DNA from: Alphaproteobacteria bacterium
Lineage (GTDB): Bacteria > Pseudomonadota > Alphaproteobacteria > RF32 > CAG-239
Reading direction: 5' to 3'
NCBI GenBank assembly: GCA_900769705.1
Contig: CAAGHP010000016.1
Location: forward strand, 13,210 to 77,209
Length of the DNA stretch: 64,000 nucleotides
Position numbers and translations under genes: made by a program. The notes below the pieces were generated by a model that was not told the DNA's origin, ran no database searches, and worked only from the letters and a program-made list of their open reading frames with translations. Shown here piece by piece: positions 18,529 to 28,674 of this stretch. How positions within the stretch are numbered: the stretch's first letter is position 1; each line of letters opens with the position of its first letter.

Positions 18529-19185
18529 ATGTATAAAAATTTTGAAACAGGGCGCTCTATGATAGAAATGCTTGGCGTACTGGCAATTGTCGGTGTTCTT
18601 TCGGTCGGGGGAATCGCCGGTTATTCCAAAGCGATGGAACAATGGAAGATAAATAAAATTTTAAATGAATATAGTTATTTGATTTATGGTTTAATGGAGC
18701 ATTTATCCGACTATAAAAAACTAACCACAGCCAACTCAGGAGATGCCTCCAGTATTGGTTTGGGAGAAGCTATTATGGCCGCAGGGATTGTACCGCAGAC
18801 TTGGACTAAGGGAAATAGAGGTCCGCGTCAGCTTTTCGATTCAGATGGCAATACTGTAAATATTTTTTCACGCAGCCAAAGACTGGTCGTTGACTTATAT
18901 ATAGGAACTCAATACATAAATGATGATGGTAAAAGTGTGTCGGCAAATTTCTCTGCAGGATTATGCCGCGAATTGTTTTTAAACTTAGCCAAGCCGATTG
19001 CCGGTACTTTACATTGGGCCAGACTATACCGCAGCAACGAAACATCTCCGGTTTTGTTTTGGGGAAACAACACATGCAACGGAGCCGATAGAAAATGTCT
19101 GAACAGTATAACTTTATCAGAAATTGACGCTGCCTGTAAATTATGTATGAAAGATGACGTCTGTTGCATTGGATTAGAATTTTAA
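18529..19185 (+). CDS. prepilin-like protein (class III signal peptide-like N-terminus, Cys-rich C-terminus), paralog 1
   Basis: Leader 'MYKNFETG' then 'RSMIEMLGVLAIVGVLSVGGIAGYS' (Glu at +5 after Gly); C-terminal 'C..KCL..ITLS.I..C..C...C' motif shared with 3 paralogs. Confidence 0.5.
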   Translation: MYKNFETGRSMIEMLGVLAIVGVLSVGGIAGYSKAMEQWKINKILNEYSYLIYGLMEHLSDYKKLTTANSGDASSIGLGEAIMAAGIVPQTWTKGNRGPRQLFDSDGNTVNIFSRSQRLVVDLYIGTQYINDDGKSVSANFSAGLCRELFLNLAKPIAGTLHWARLYRSNETSPVLFWGNNTCNGADRKCLNSITLSEIDAACKLCMKDDVCCIGLEF

Positions 19186-19274
19186 TAATCCTAAAAAATC
19201 TCTTGACTTAGAGTAAGCTCTAAGTTTTATGCTGAGCACAGAATCGTTACATTATAATTTTTAAGGAGAAAATT

Positions 19275-21020
19275 ATGTTATTGGAAACAATAAACTCACC
19301 TAAAGATATAAAAAAACTTTCACTGACAGAATTACAGCAGTTGGCTCAGGAAATCCGCGAGGGTATTTTGAACCGAGATAGCTTGATTGGCGGTCATGTG
19401 GGACCAAATTTGGGTATTGTGGAAACTATTATCGCTTTGCACTATGTTTTTGATACGCCGAAAGATAAAATTGTTTATGACGTTTCGCACCAATGCTATC
19501 CGCATAAAATGCTGACCGGTCGTTGGAAAGGCTTTTTTGACACTGAAGAAATGCGGAAGATTTCCGGCTACACTAATCCGGCAGAAAGTGAATACGACAG
19601 CTTTATCGTGGGACATACTTCTACTTCTGTCAGCTTAGCAACCGGTTTGGCTAAGGCTCGCGACCTGCGCGGCGAACAACATAAGGTTATCGCTCTTATC
19701 GGCGATGGTTCTCTTTCCGGCGGCGAGGCTTTAGAAGGCTTTAGCAATGCTGCGGTTTTAAACGGTAATATTTTGATTATTGTCAACGATAACGAAATGT
19801 CTATCGCCGAGAATCACGGCGGAATTTATAACAATCTGCGTCTGTTGCGCGAAACCAACGGCGCGGCGGAATGTAATATGTTTAAGGCTTGGGGATTTGA
19901 ATATCGCTACGTTGCCGATGGTAATAATCAAGAAAATATGATTAAGGTTTTGCAAGAACTTAAAGATGTGAAAAAGCCAACGGTTTTACATATTCATACC
20001 CTAAAAGGCAAGGGGTATGCACCGGCAGAAGAAAATAAGGAACGTTGGCATTGGAGTTTGCCGTTTAACCGCAAAACCGGAGAAATTACAGCTGACATAT
20101 CTGGTGAAAATTACAATGATATAACCTACGATTTTTTATATACCCGTCATCAGCAAGATAAAAATATGGTGGTTATTTCCGCCGGCACTCCGGGGGCATA
20201 CGGCTTAAATCCGGAACGCCGCGCTTCATTCGGCGAAAACTATGTTGATGTGGGGATTGCCGAAGAACAGGCCGTGGCAATGGCGTCGGCTTTGGCAAAA
20301 GGCGGCTGCCGTCCGGTGTTTATGGTTTACAGCAGCTTTTTACAGCGCACTTACGACCAGCTGTCGCAGGATTTGGCTTTAAACAACAATCCGGCGGTTA
20401 TTTTGGTGTTCAGCGCCGGTATCAGCGGTATGGACGCCACCCACTTGGGCAGCTTTGATATTCCGCTGGTTGCCAATATACCAAACCTTGTTTATTTGGC
20501 CCCGACCGGCAAAGAAGAATATTTGGCTATGCTGAATTGGGGTTTGAAACAAAATGAACATCCGGTGGTTATTCGTGTGCCGTTAGCTGTGACTAAAGGC
20601 GGAAAAGCCGAAGAAAGTTATGCCGATTTGAACCGCTATCAGCTAGTTAAACAAGGTTCTAAAGTTGCGGTTTTAGCGCTGGGTAGTTTTTTTGAACTTG
20701 GTGAAAACGTGATGGCTGAATTAAAAGAGCAGGGCATTGACGCGACCTTGATTAACCCTCGCTATATTACAGGTGTTGATGAAAAATTGCTCAATGAATT
20801 AGCAAAAAATCATCAGGTTGTTGCAACTTTGGAAAATGGCGAACTGGACGGCGGTTTCGGTCAAAAAATTGCCTCATTTTACGGCGCCAGCAATGTAAAG
20901 GTTTTGAATTTCGGTGCTAAAAAAGAATTTACCGACCGTGTTCCGTATGATGAGCTTATAAAGCGCTATCATTTGACAGCCGAACAAATAACGGCTGATA
21001 TTCTGGCGGTTTTAAAATAA
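19275..21020 (+). CDS. dxs: 1-deoxy-D-xylulose-5-phosphate synthase-like transketolase
   Basis: N-terminus 'LLETINSPKDIKKLS...GGHVGPNLGIVETIIALHYVFDTPKDKIVYDVSHQCYPHKMLTGR' is DXS-specific; TPP-binding 'GDG' motif. At 581 aa it is somewhat shorter than typical DXS. Confidence 0.6.
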   Translation: MLLETINSPKDIKKLSLTELQQLAQEIREGILNRDSLIGGHVGPNLGIVETIIALHYVFDTPKDKIVYDVSHQCYPHKMLTGRWKGFFDTEEMRKISGYTNPAESEYDSFIVGHTSTSVSLATGLAKARDLRGEQHKVIALIGDGSLSGGEALEGFSNAAVLNGNILIIVNDNEMSIAENHGGIYNNLRLLRETNGAAECNMFKAWGFEYRYVADGNNQENMIKVLQELKDVKKPTVLHIHTLKGKGYAPAEENKERWHWSLPFNRKTGEITADISGENYNDITYDFLYTRHQQDKNMVVISAGTPGAYGLNPERRASFGENYVDVGIAEEQAVAMASALAKGGCRPVFMVYSSFLQRTYDQLSQDLALNNNPAVILVFSAGISGMDATHLGSFDIPLVANIPNLVYLAPTGKEEYLAMLNWGLKQNEHPVVIRVPLAVTKGGKAEESYADLNRYQLVKQGSKVAVLALGSFFELGENVMAELKEQGIDATLINPRYITGVDEKLLNELAKNHQVVATLENGELDGGFGQKIASFYGASNVKVLNFGAKKEFTDRVPYDELIKRYHLTAEQITADILAVLK

Positions 21021-21160
21021 TCTTTCATTATTGCGGCAAAAAGGGCTTCTGCTTAAATAAAAGAAGCTCTTTTTTGTTTGGCTGATGTAAAATCCGGCTT
21101 GCAAAGAAAGCTGAAACAACTTATTATACAAAATAATTATGACTATACTAAGGACTGAAA

Positions 21161-22288
21161 ATGAAAAACAAATATAATTATGATGCAAAGTTAGCCAAGC
21201 TGCAGCAGGATTTTTATATCTATTATCAAAAAAATTTACTGCAGGATTTCAAAAAACTGGAACAGGAAAGATATAAATATTTGGCCGGGTTTATTTTGTG
21301 TTGTACAATACTTTTTGCAGTGCATGCTGTTTTGTATTATGTTTTAGGCCGAAGTGACTTTATTGAGTGTATAACATCTAAAGCCGGTTTTTGCGGTGTG
21401 GCTATAGGCGTTTGGCTCTGCACGGTGCCGATTTCAAAATATAAAGGAGCCACTAAGTCTTTGGTGGCTGATAAGATATTGAAATTTTGGACAGATTTTC
21501 ATGAGAATAAAGCGAATATTCTAGCTGGTAATGATATTAAAAATTCCGAATTGTTTGACACATTTAATGATTATGAAAAAGATGATGAATTTGCCGGAAA
21601 ATATAAAGATAACGATGTTTGTATTTCGGAATATAATCTGAATTACAGGCGGCAAAAATCGGATATTACATTGTTTGATGGTATTTTGATATGGATAAGG
21701 CTAAAGAAAAAAGTCAGCTGCAGAACTATTTTGCGGTCTAATAAAGTGATATTGCCCGGCGGACTGACCGGAAATATTTATGTGGTGCTGAATTGTTTTG
21801 TATTGCTTTTTTTGATGGGATTGATGATTTATATGCAGACGATGTTCGGTCGGCCGTTTGAAATAGATGTTGTTACACTGTTTTTTAATTATGCCGTGTT
21901 TGCGGTAATGCCGATATTACTGATTTATATTTTATACCGAATATTTATCAAAACTCAGCTGAAAAGCAGCTTGAAACATAGTATCAATTTGGAAGATATA
22001 GATTTTGAAAAAAAGTGGAAAGTGTATTCGCAAGACCAGATAGAAGCCAGATGTTTACTGAATCCAAAATTTATGGAACAGCTTAAAAATGTGCAAAAAT
22101 ATTTTCATGGTAAAAAAATTGATTGTTCATTTTGGAAAAATAATCTGCTGATTGCCATTCATACCAATGAAGATATGTTTGAAACAACTTCGCTTTTTTC
22201 ATCGGCTTTGAGCTATAAAAATATGCGGAAAGTGGTTACGCAGTTTTACAGCGTTTTTGCTATTATTGAAGAGCTTAATGAAAAATAA
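21161..22288 (+). CDS. hypothetical membrane protein (two TM regions), AT-rich
   Basis: 375 aa; hydrophobic segments at ~40-90 and ~200-250; no catalytic motif recognised. Confidence 0.4.
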   Translation: MKNKYNYDAKLAKLQQDFYIYYQKNLLQDFKKLEQERYKYLAGFILCCTILFAVHAVLYYVLGRSDFIECITSKAGFCGVAIGVWLCTVPISKYKGATKSLVADKILKFWTDFHENKANILAGNDIKNSELFDTFNDYEKDDEFAGKYKDNDVCISEYNLNYRRQKSDITLFDGILIWIRLKKKVSCRTILRSNKVILPGGLTGNIYVVLNCFVLLFLMGLMIYMQTMFGRPFEIDVVTLFFNYAVFAVMPILLIYILYRIFIKTQLKSSLKHSINLEDIDFEKKWKVYSQDQIEARCLLNPKFMEQLKNVQKYFHGKKIDCSFWKNNLLIAIHTNEDMFETTSLFSSALSYKNMRKVVTQFYSVFAIIEELNEK

Positions 22289-22439
22289 ATTAGCATAGCA
22301 ATAAACTAAAAAAGCCTTACTATTAGACAGCGAAGATTTTTAGTATAAGATGCAAGGCTTTATTTACTAAAAACTCTAGGGTATAAGCCAAATATATACA
22401 ACTTTTTTCGCATAAAATTAACAAAAATATTATATAAAT

Positions 22440-23306
22440 TTAGGAAATTTTACTAAATTTTATTTTATAATTTAGTGCTTTTTGCGCCATCCAATTATAA
22501 ATGCGCTGCATGGATATATCTCCGTTGGCAGCAAAGTCTTCTGGGTGCCATTGAATGCATAAAATATTCTTTTCGACGTTTCCCCAAGATTCTGGAATAT
22601 TGTCTTCGGTTCTGGCATAAATCGTCAGTTTACTATCCGAAGCATAAGGCAACATGGATTCCGTATGGCGGGAATTTGTTTCAATTTCTTCTGTCTGCAA
22701 AATGTCATACAGCGGTGATGGATTTTTAATTAAAACTTTGTGCGCGTCTAAAATCTTGGTTTTATGTTCAATATCTGTATTTGTATATTGTTTGGTGTTG
22801 CGGTACATTTTCATACCCAACACGCCGCCAATCATTTGCGCACCGGCACAAATGCCAAGCATTGGCAGATGTTCTTTCAAGGCCTCGGTAATACAATTCA
22901 AATATGCGGCGGCTCGCGGTTCGTATTTTGTCGAGGTGTTTGGAGCGGCGTCGCAATAAAATTGCTCAGGGGATGGAAATCTGCCGCCCGGCAAAATCAA
23001 GCCGTGAATTCCGTTCATTTGCTCGGCGCAAGAGGAGTAGGTTAAAAAACGTATGTTTACGCCGGATTGTAAAATAGCGCGGGCGTAGTTGTAGTCAATA
23101 GTATAGTAATTTTCATCGCGTCCCAGCAAAAAAGCAACAGTCGGTTTGTTATCTTTAGACGCGTCGGCAAGCTGCTCAATATCCTGAGGAGCTAAAGAAA
23201 TAAAAGGAATTATGTTTTGTTTTTCAAATACGTTTATTTTTTCATCGCTGATGCCGTAAGCTTTATATTGCGGCAGATATTCTAAAGTAACAGATTGTGT
23301 GTGCAT
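22440..23306 (-). CDS. class I glutamine amidotransferase-like / peptidase C26 (gamma-glutamyl hydrolase-type)
   Basis: Nucleophile 'GICAGAQM' and 'IQWHPE' His motif of the GATase1/C26 fold. Confidence 0.6.
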   Translation of the reverse strand: MHTQSVTLEYLPQYKAYGISDEKINVFEKQNIIPFISLAPQDIEQLADASKDNKPTVAFLLGRDENYYTIDYNYARAILQSGVNIRFLTYSSCAEQMNGIHGLILPGGRFPSPEQFYCDAAPNTSTKYEPRAAAYLNCITEALKEHLPMLGICAGAQMIGGVLGMKMYRNTKQYTNTDIEHKTKILDAHKVLIKNPSPLYDILQTEEIETNSRHTESMLPYASDSKLTIYARTEDNIPESWGNVEKNILCIQWHPEDFAANGDISMQRIYNWMAQKALNYKIKFSKIS

Positions 23307-23460
23307 TGCTTTTCCTTTTTTTATACTAATGATTTTTACGGAAATAAATTTTTTGTGTCAAGAGTACATGAAATATAAAATTACATTTTTTCAATAGAAA
23401 AAGTGCTGAATATGACATTTTTTAGTAGGAAAAAAGTGTAAATGGCAGGAGAGATAAAGC

Positions 23461-23490
23461 AAAAGCCTCACTTTGCAGTGAGGCTTTTTA
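23461..23490 (-). terminator. intrinsic terminator downstream of the 23496-24266 gene
   Basis: 'aaaagcctcac-tttgca-gtgaggctttt' perfect 10-bp stem with flanking U/A runs. Confidence 0.5.
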
Positions 23491-23495
23491 GGTGT

Positions 23496-24266
23496 CTATT
23501 TAAGTTTATAGACTGTTATCTGACGAACTTTGAAACGCTCAACCAACATACCAGGTTTGGCGTTAGCCCATTTAGGGTCATTATAAATATGTAATCTGAC
23601 TTTCTGACCGCTGGTAAAGGTTACATCAATAATTGAGATTGTAGTTTTGCTTTGTGTTTTGTAATTTCTGATTATTGTTTTGTTAATTTCAGATTGCGTA
23701 TTAGCATAAGACCAATGAGTTACTTGATCTATGCTTGGGTTTAAATTTGCTTCAAATTGTTTTGTAGTCCAATTATCACTTAAATGTACTGAATAATCTT
23801 TATAAGCCGAAACCAATTTAACATTTTTAATTTTCAGAAGCTTTCTGTCTTTTTTATAAACAGGTTGAAGAATTCTGTCATCAGAATAGAGCAGCATACC
23901 TTTTCTATATAATCCTTCTTTATACTTATGAAAAATTGAACTGACTTTTTTTGCTGGGTAAACTTGTTTGTAATCATTATGATAATTAGATATTGTAGTG
24001 ATGATTACTTTTTTCAATTCACTGTCATATATATAATTAGGTTGAGAGTAGCGGAATTCAAGCGAAGTTGTAGCATCTGATTTACAAATAACTCTTGAGG
24101 TGTACCAATCACGCATTGCATAACGCATACCTTTAACAAAGAAAGAGGATTTTTCATATAAGCTTTCTTTAACTTTTATATTATCCAGTCTATAGAACCT
24201 GATTTGAGCCGAAGCGTTAAAGTTAAACACAAAAGTCATCAAGATAACTAAAAATAATCTCATCAT
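23496..24266 (-). CDS. hypothetical secreted protein (signal peptide), AT-rich
   Basis: 256 aa; N-terminal signal peptide 'MMRLFLVILMTFVFNFNASA'; Lys/Tyr-rich; no known domain recognised. Confidence 0.4.
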   Translation of the reverse strand: MMRLFLVILMTFVFNFNASAQIRFYRLDNIKVKESLYEKSSFFVKGMRYAMRDWYTSRVICKSDATTSLEFRYSQPNYIYDSELKKVIITTISNYHNDYKQVYPAKKVSSIFHKYKEGLYRKGMLLYSDDRILQPVYKKDRKLLKIKNVKLVSAYKDYSVHLSDNWTTKQFEANLNPSIDQVTHWSYANTQSEINKTIIRNYKTQSKTTISIIDVTFTSGQKVRLHIYNDPKWANAKPGMLVERFKVRQITVYKLK

Positions 24267-24508
24267 AATAAAACCGGAATGTTTAAAGAGTCTTTGTTTG
24301 ACCGGATACTCTGTATATAATAATAAATAGATAAACGTAATGTAAAATATTTGAAAATTTTTGTCAATATTGTTTTGCTGGATTAAATTTAAAAAACACT
24401 TGAATTTAAAATTTATTTGCGGTATAAAGCTTTTTGTCTGAGTTGTTCGGGCGAATTGGCATGCCTGACAGCTTGTTGTTTAATTCCAGTTTATTGAAAG
24501 GGAATAAA

Positions 24509-24703
24509 ATGCCTAAATTAAAAACTAAAAGAGCCGCTGCTAAACGTTTCAGCGTTACCGGCACCGGCAAATTGAAAAGAAACCATTCGTTCAAGAGACA
24601 CCTTCTCTTCAACAAACCGACAAAGCAAAAAAGACAAGCTCGCGGCTCTATGATTATTGCAGCAGCCAACAAGTTTGTTAAAAAGTTTTTACCGTTTATT
24701 TAG
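24509..24703 (+). CDS. rpmI: 50S ribosomal protein L35
   Basis: '[24 protein letters not shown]' is canonical for L35. Start reassigned to 24509; the track ORF has a spurious 25-aa extension. Confidence 0.8.
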   Translation: MPKLKTKRAAAKRFSVTGTGKLKRNHSFKRHLLFNKPTKQKRQARGSMIIAAANKFVKKFLPFI

Positions 24704-24716
24704 GGGAGGATAGGAT

Positions 24717-25076
24717 ATGTCTCGTGTTAAAAGAGGTTTAACGGCTCACGCTCGCCATAAAAAAATTTTGGATATGGCTAAAGGCTATAGAGGTCGTAAT
24801 AAAAATGTATTCAGAGTTGCTGTTGAAAAAGTTGAAAAAGGTTTGCAATATGCTTACCGCGACAGAAAAGCAAAGAAAAGAAGTTTCCGCTCTTTGTGGA
24901 TTCAACGTATCAACGCTGCTACACGTATCCATGATATGACTTATTCTCGATTTATCAGCGGGCTGATTAAAGCCGGTGTTGAACTTGATCGTAAAGTTCT
25001 TGCTGATATCGCTTTGAAGGAGCCCCAAGCATTTGCTAAGTTGGTAGAAACTGCCAAAGCGGCTCTTAAGAAATAA
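24717..25076 (+). CDS. rplT: 50S ribosomal protein L20
   Basis: '[27 protein letters not shown]' is canonical for L20. Confidence 0.9.
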   Translation: MSRVKRGLTAHARHKKILDMAKGYRGRNKNVFRVAVEKVEKGLQYAYRDRKAKKRSFRSLWIQRINAATRIHDMTYSRFISGLIKAGVELDRKVLADIALKEPQAFAKLVETAKAALKK

Positions 25077-25163
25077 AATAGATACAAAGTAAAAAGAATA
25101 AAAAAGAGTTGGCTAAAGGGCAGTCCCGAGGCGGACTCTTTTTTATGTTTTAAAAAACTAAGG

Positions 25164-26282
25164 TTGCAAATAATGGAAAATTTAGAAGAATTAAAAAACG
25201 ATACCCTGACAAAAATCAGGGCGGCCGCAAATTTGAAAGAATTAGATGAAATCCGCGTGGCTGTTTTGGGTAAAAAAGGTAAGCTGACCGAACAAATGAA
25301 AGGCTTGGGTGCTTTGCCGCTGGAAGAAAAAATTGCCGCCGGTAAGGCTTTGAACGTTATCAAAAACGAAATTGACGCCGCGATTACAGAACAAAAATCT
25401 GTGTTGGAAGAAAAAGCCTTGAATGAAAAATTGGCAAGCGAAACCATTGATGTTACTTTGCCGGTTCGTCCCGAAACTCAAGGACGCATTCACCCTGTAT
25501 CAAAAATTTATGAAGAAGTTGTCGCTATTTTTGGCGAAATGGGATTTGATGTGGCAAACGGTCCGGATATTGAAGACCAGTTCCATAACTTTAACGCTTT
25601 GAATATGCCGGCAAACCATCCGGCACGTCAAATGCAGGATACATTCTACCTCAGCAGCAACCCTGAGGAACCGTTTGATATGGACACCGCATACGTTATC
25701 CGTACTCACACATCGGGAATGCAAATCCGCACAATGGAAAAACAGCAGCCGCCAATCCGCATTATTGCTCCGGGGCGTACCTATCGCTCGGACTATGACG
25801 CCACTCACACTCCGATGTTTCATCAAGTTGAGGGCTTGGTGATTGATAAAAACATTACCATGGCACATCTTAAGGGCTGCTTGTATGACTTTATGAAAGC
25901 CTTTTTTGAACTTGATGATTTACCGGTGCGCTATCGTCCGTCATATTTTCCGTTTACCGAACCTTCGGCAGAGATGGACATCGGCTGTCTGAAAACTAAA
26001 AACGAGCTGAAAATAGGCGCGGGGACAGATTGGCTCGAAGTTTTGGGCTGCGGTATGGTTCACCCGAATGTTTTGAAAGCCGGCGGAATTGACCCTAACG
26101 AATATCAGGGTTTTGCTTTTGGCTTGGGAATTGACCGTTTGGCTATGCTGAAATATGGTATTCCTGATTTGCGCACATTCTTTGAATCTGATGTTCGTTG
26201 GCTCAAACACTATGGTTTTACACCGCTCGATTTTTCTTCTATGACCGGCGGTTTAAGCAATAACGGAGGACTTACACGATGA
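25164..26282 (+). CDS. pheS: phenylalanine--tRNA ligase alpha subunit
   Basis: Class II aaRS motifs; 'FPFTEPSAEMDI' and 'GFAFGLGIDRLAML'. Confidence 0.9.
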   Translation: MQIMENLEELKNDTLTKIRAAANLKELDEIRVAVLGKKGKLTEQMKGLGALPLEEKIAAGKALNVIKNEIDAAITEQKSVLEEKALNEKLASETIDVTLPVRPETQGRIHPVSKIYEEVVAIFGEMGFDVANGPDIEDQFHNFNALNMPANHPARQMQDTFYLSSNPEEPFDMDTAYVIRTHTSGMQIRTMEKQQPPIRIIAPGRTYRSDYDATHTPMFHQVEGLVIDKNITMAHLKGCLYDFMKAFFELDDLPVRYRPSYFPFTEPSAEMDIGCLKTKNELKIGAGTDWLEVLGCGMVHPNVLKAGGIDPNEYQGFAFGLGIDRLAMLKYGIPDLRTFFESDVRWLKHYGFTPLDFSSMTGGLSNNGGLTR

Positions 26283-28663
26283 AATTTACTTTATCTTGGC
26301 TCAAAGAACATTTAGACACAACAGCTTCTTTGGAAGAAATCAGCGAAACATTAACCCGTATCGGTTTGGAAGTTGAAGAAGTTTACAATCCGGCCGCTAA
26401 TTTAGACGGTTTTATCACCGCTCGTTTGGATAGCGTGGAAAATCATCCGGATTCTGACCATTTGCACGTTTTGTGCGTGAACGACGGAACCAATAAATAT
26501 CAAGTTGTTTGCGGCGCGCCGAATGTTTTTACCGGTTTAATCGGAATTTTCGCTCCGTCCGGAACATTGATTCCTTTGTTTAATGAACGTTTGAAACCAA
26601 CAAAAATTCGTGGTGTTGAAAGCTGCGGTATGATGTGCGCTTTTGATGAGTTGGGGATTGGTTCGGACCACAATGCCATTATTGAATTGCCGGCGGACAC
26701 GCAGCTTGGCAAACCGGCGGCAGAAGTTTTGGCTATTGACCCGGTGATAGAAGTTTCTATTACTCCTAACCGCGCCGAATGTTTGGGTGTGCGCGGTATT
26801 GCTCGCGATTTGGCGGCGGCCGGATTGGGTAAGTTAAAGCCGCTGAATATTGTTAAAACTCCGGCTAAATTTGCTAATCCGCTAAAAGTTACGGTGGAAT
26901 GTCCGGCGGAATGTCCGACTTATACAGCGCGCTATATTCGCAACGTAAATAATAAAGCCGAAACACCGAAGTGGATGAAAGACCGTTTGGAGGCAATAGG
27001 TTTACACTCTATTTCTCCGCTTGTTGATATTACCAATTACATAAATTATGATTTGGCGCGTCCGTTACACGTTTTTGACGCTGATAAGGTAAGCGGCGAT
27101 ATTGTTGTCCGTATGGCGAAAGACGGCGAAAAATTTACCGCACTGAATGAAAAAGAATATGTTTTGAATGATAAGGCCTTGGCTATTTGTGATGCTGAAG
27201 GTGTGCAATGTCTGGGCGGTATTATGGGCGGTTTGGCTAAAGGCTGCTCGACAGATACGACCAATGTTTTGCTGGAATGCGCTTTGTTTAAGCCGGAATG
27301 CATTGCCTGCACCGGCCGTCATCTGCAAATAGATTCGGATTCCCGCTATCGTTATGAACGCTGGGTTGATCCTAAATCAAATATCAGTGGTTCGGACTAT
27401 GCTACTGCGATGATTTTAAACATTTGCGGCGGCGAGGCGTCGGAATTGACCGTGGTTGGTTCGGAAGAATGCAAGCCGCAAGTGGCTTATTTGCGTCCGG
27501 AGCGCTTGGAAACTTTAATCGGTTTGCCGGTAAGCGCCGAAAAATCTATGGAAATTTTGAACAAACTCGGTTTTGAAACTTCTTTGGAAAACGGCAAAAT
27601 TAAGGCGGTTTCACCAAGTTGGCGCGGCGATATTGAAGGTGAGCATGATTTGGTTGAAGAAGTTGTGCGTATGATTGGTTTGGATGAAATTCCGGCTGTG
27701 TCTTTACCGCATGATAAATTCCCGAAAGAGACTTTGTCGCCGGCACAGCACAATGCCGTGATTGTAAAACATGAGCTGGCTTCGCGCGGTATGTATGAAA
27801 CCGTAACTTGGAGTTTTGCCGACAGCGATTTGGCGCAATATTTCCGCAAAGGACATGAAGCAATTATCTTGGCTAATCCTATTGCCAAAGAGCTGAATGA
27901 AATGCGTCCGTCAATTTTGCCGAATTTGCTGACAGCGGTTAAAAATAATATTGCCCGCGGTTATACCAATGTTTCTTTGTTTGAAGTTGGTCCGGAATTT
28001 TACGGCCGCAATCCGCAAGAGCAAAATATGGCGGCAAGCGGTGTTCGCTGCGGTCAAACGTCTAAAAAAGATTGGACGCACAGCAACCGCGATTATGATG
28101 TTTTTGACGCTAAAGCCGATGCTTTGGCTGTGATTGCCGCGGCTAAAGGGCCGTTTGAAAATCCGCAGATTACTTTGGACGCGCCGTCGTATTATCATCC
28201 GGGGCGCTCAGGAACTTTGCGTTTGGGTAAAAATGTGTTGGCCTACTTTGGTGAGATTCATCCGGCAGTTTTAAAAGCCTTTGACATTAAGACCCGTGTT
28301 GTTGCTTTTGAGGTGATTTTGGATAATATTCCGTTGCCGCGCAACACACAAGGTAAAGCACGCAAAAAACTGGAATTATCGCAATTCCAGCCGGTGGATA
28401 AGGATTTGGCCTTTGTGGTAGACAAGTCGATTAGCGCCGCAGCGATTATTGCAGCCGCTAAAAACGCCGACCGCAATCACATTACCGATGTGCGCGTGTT
28501 TGACGTCTATGAGGGCGAAAATATGCCGGAAGGTAAAAAATCCGTGGCGATTGCTTTGACATTCCAGCCGGTGGAACAAACCTTTACCGATAAAGATATT
28601 GAAAATTTGATGAATAAAGTTATAGCTGAAGTCGGTAAAAAGACCGGCGGCGAATTGAGATAG
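26279..28663 (+). CDS. pheT: phenylalanine--tRNA ligase beta subunit
   Basis: 794 aa; tRNA-binding N-terminal domain; B3/B4, FDX-ACB C-terminal; start overlaps the pheS stop. Confidence 0.9.
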   Translation: MKFTLSWLKEHLDTTASLEEISETLTRIGLEVEEVYNPAANLDGFITARLDSVENHPDSDHLHVLCVNDGTNKYQVVCGAPNVFTGLIGIFAPSGTLIPLFNERLKPTKIRGVESCGMMCAFDELGIGSDHNAIIELPADTQLGKPAAEVLAIDPVIEVSITPNRAECLGVRGIARDLAAAGLGKLKPLNIVKTPAKFANPLKVTVECPAECPTYTARYIRNVNNKAETPKWMKDRLEAIGLHSISPLVDITNYINYDLARPLHVFDADKVSGDIVVRMAKDGEKFTALNEKEYVLNDKALAICDAEGVQCLGGIMGGLAKGCSTDTTNVLLECALFKPECIACTGRHLQIDSDSRYRYERWVDPKSNISGSDYATAMILNICGGEASELTVVGSEECKPQVAYLRPERLETLIGLPVSAEKSMEILNKLGFETSLENGKIKAVSPSWRGDIEGEHDLVEEVVRMIGLDEIPAVSLPHDKFPKETLSPAQHNAVIVKHELASRGMYETVTWSFADSDLAQYFRKGHEAIILANPIAKELNEMRPSILPNLLTAVKNNIARGYTNVSLFEVGPEFYGRNPQEQNMAASGVRCGQTSKKDWTHSNRDYDVFDAKADALAVIAAAKGPFENPQITLDAPSYYHPGRSGTLRLGKNVLAYFGEIHPAVLKAFDIKTRVVAFEVILDNIPLPRNTQGKARKKLELSQFQPVDKDLAFVVDKSISAAAIIAAAKNADRNHITDVRVFDVYEGENMPEGKKSVAIALTFQPVEQTFTDKDIENLMNKVIAEVGKKTGGELR

Positions 28664-28674
28664 GGAGAAAATAA

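Noticed and set aside
19275-21020. dxs-like gene as a pseudogene/truncation
   Set aside because: The reading frame is intact with the DXS-specific N-terminus and TPP motif. A ~40-aa length difference from typical DXS is within family variation; there is no frameshift evidence.
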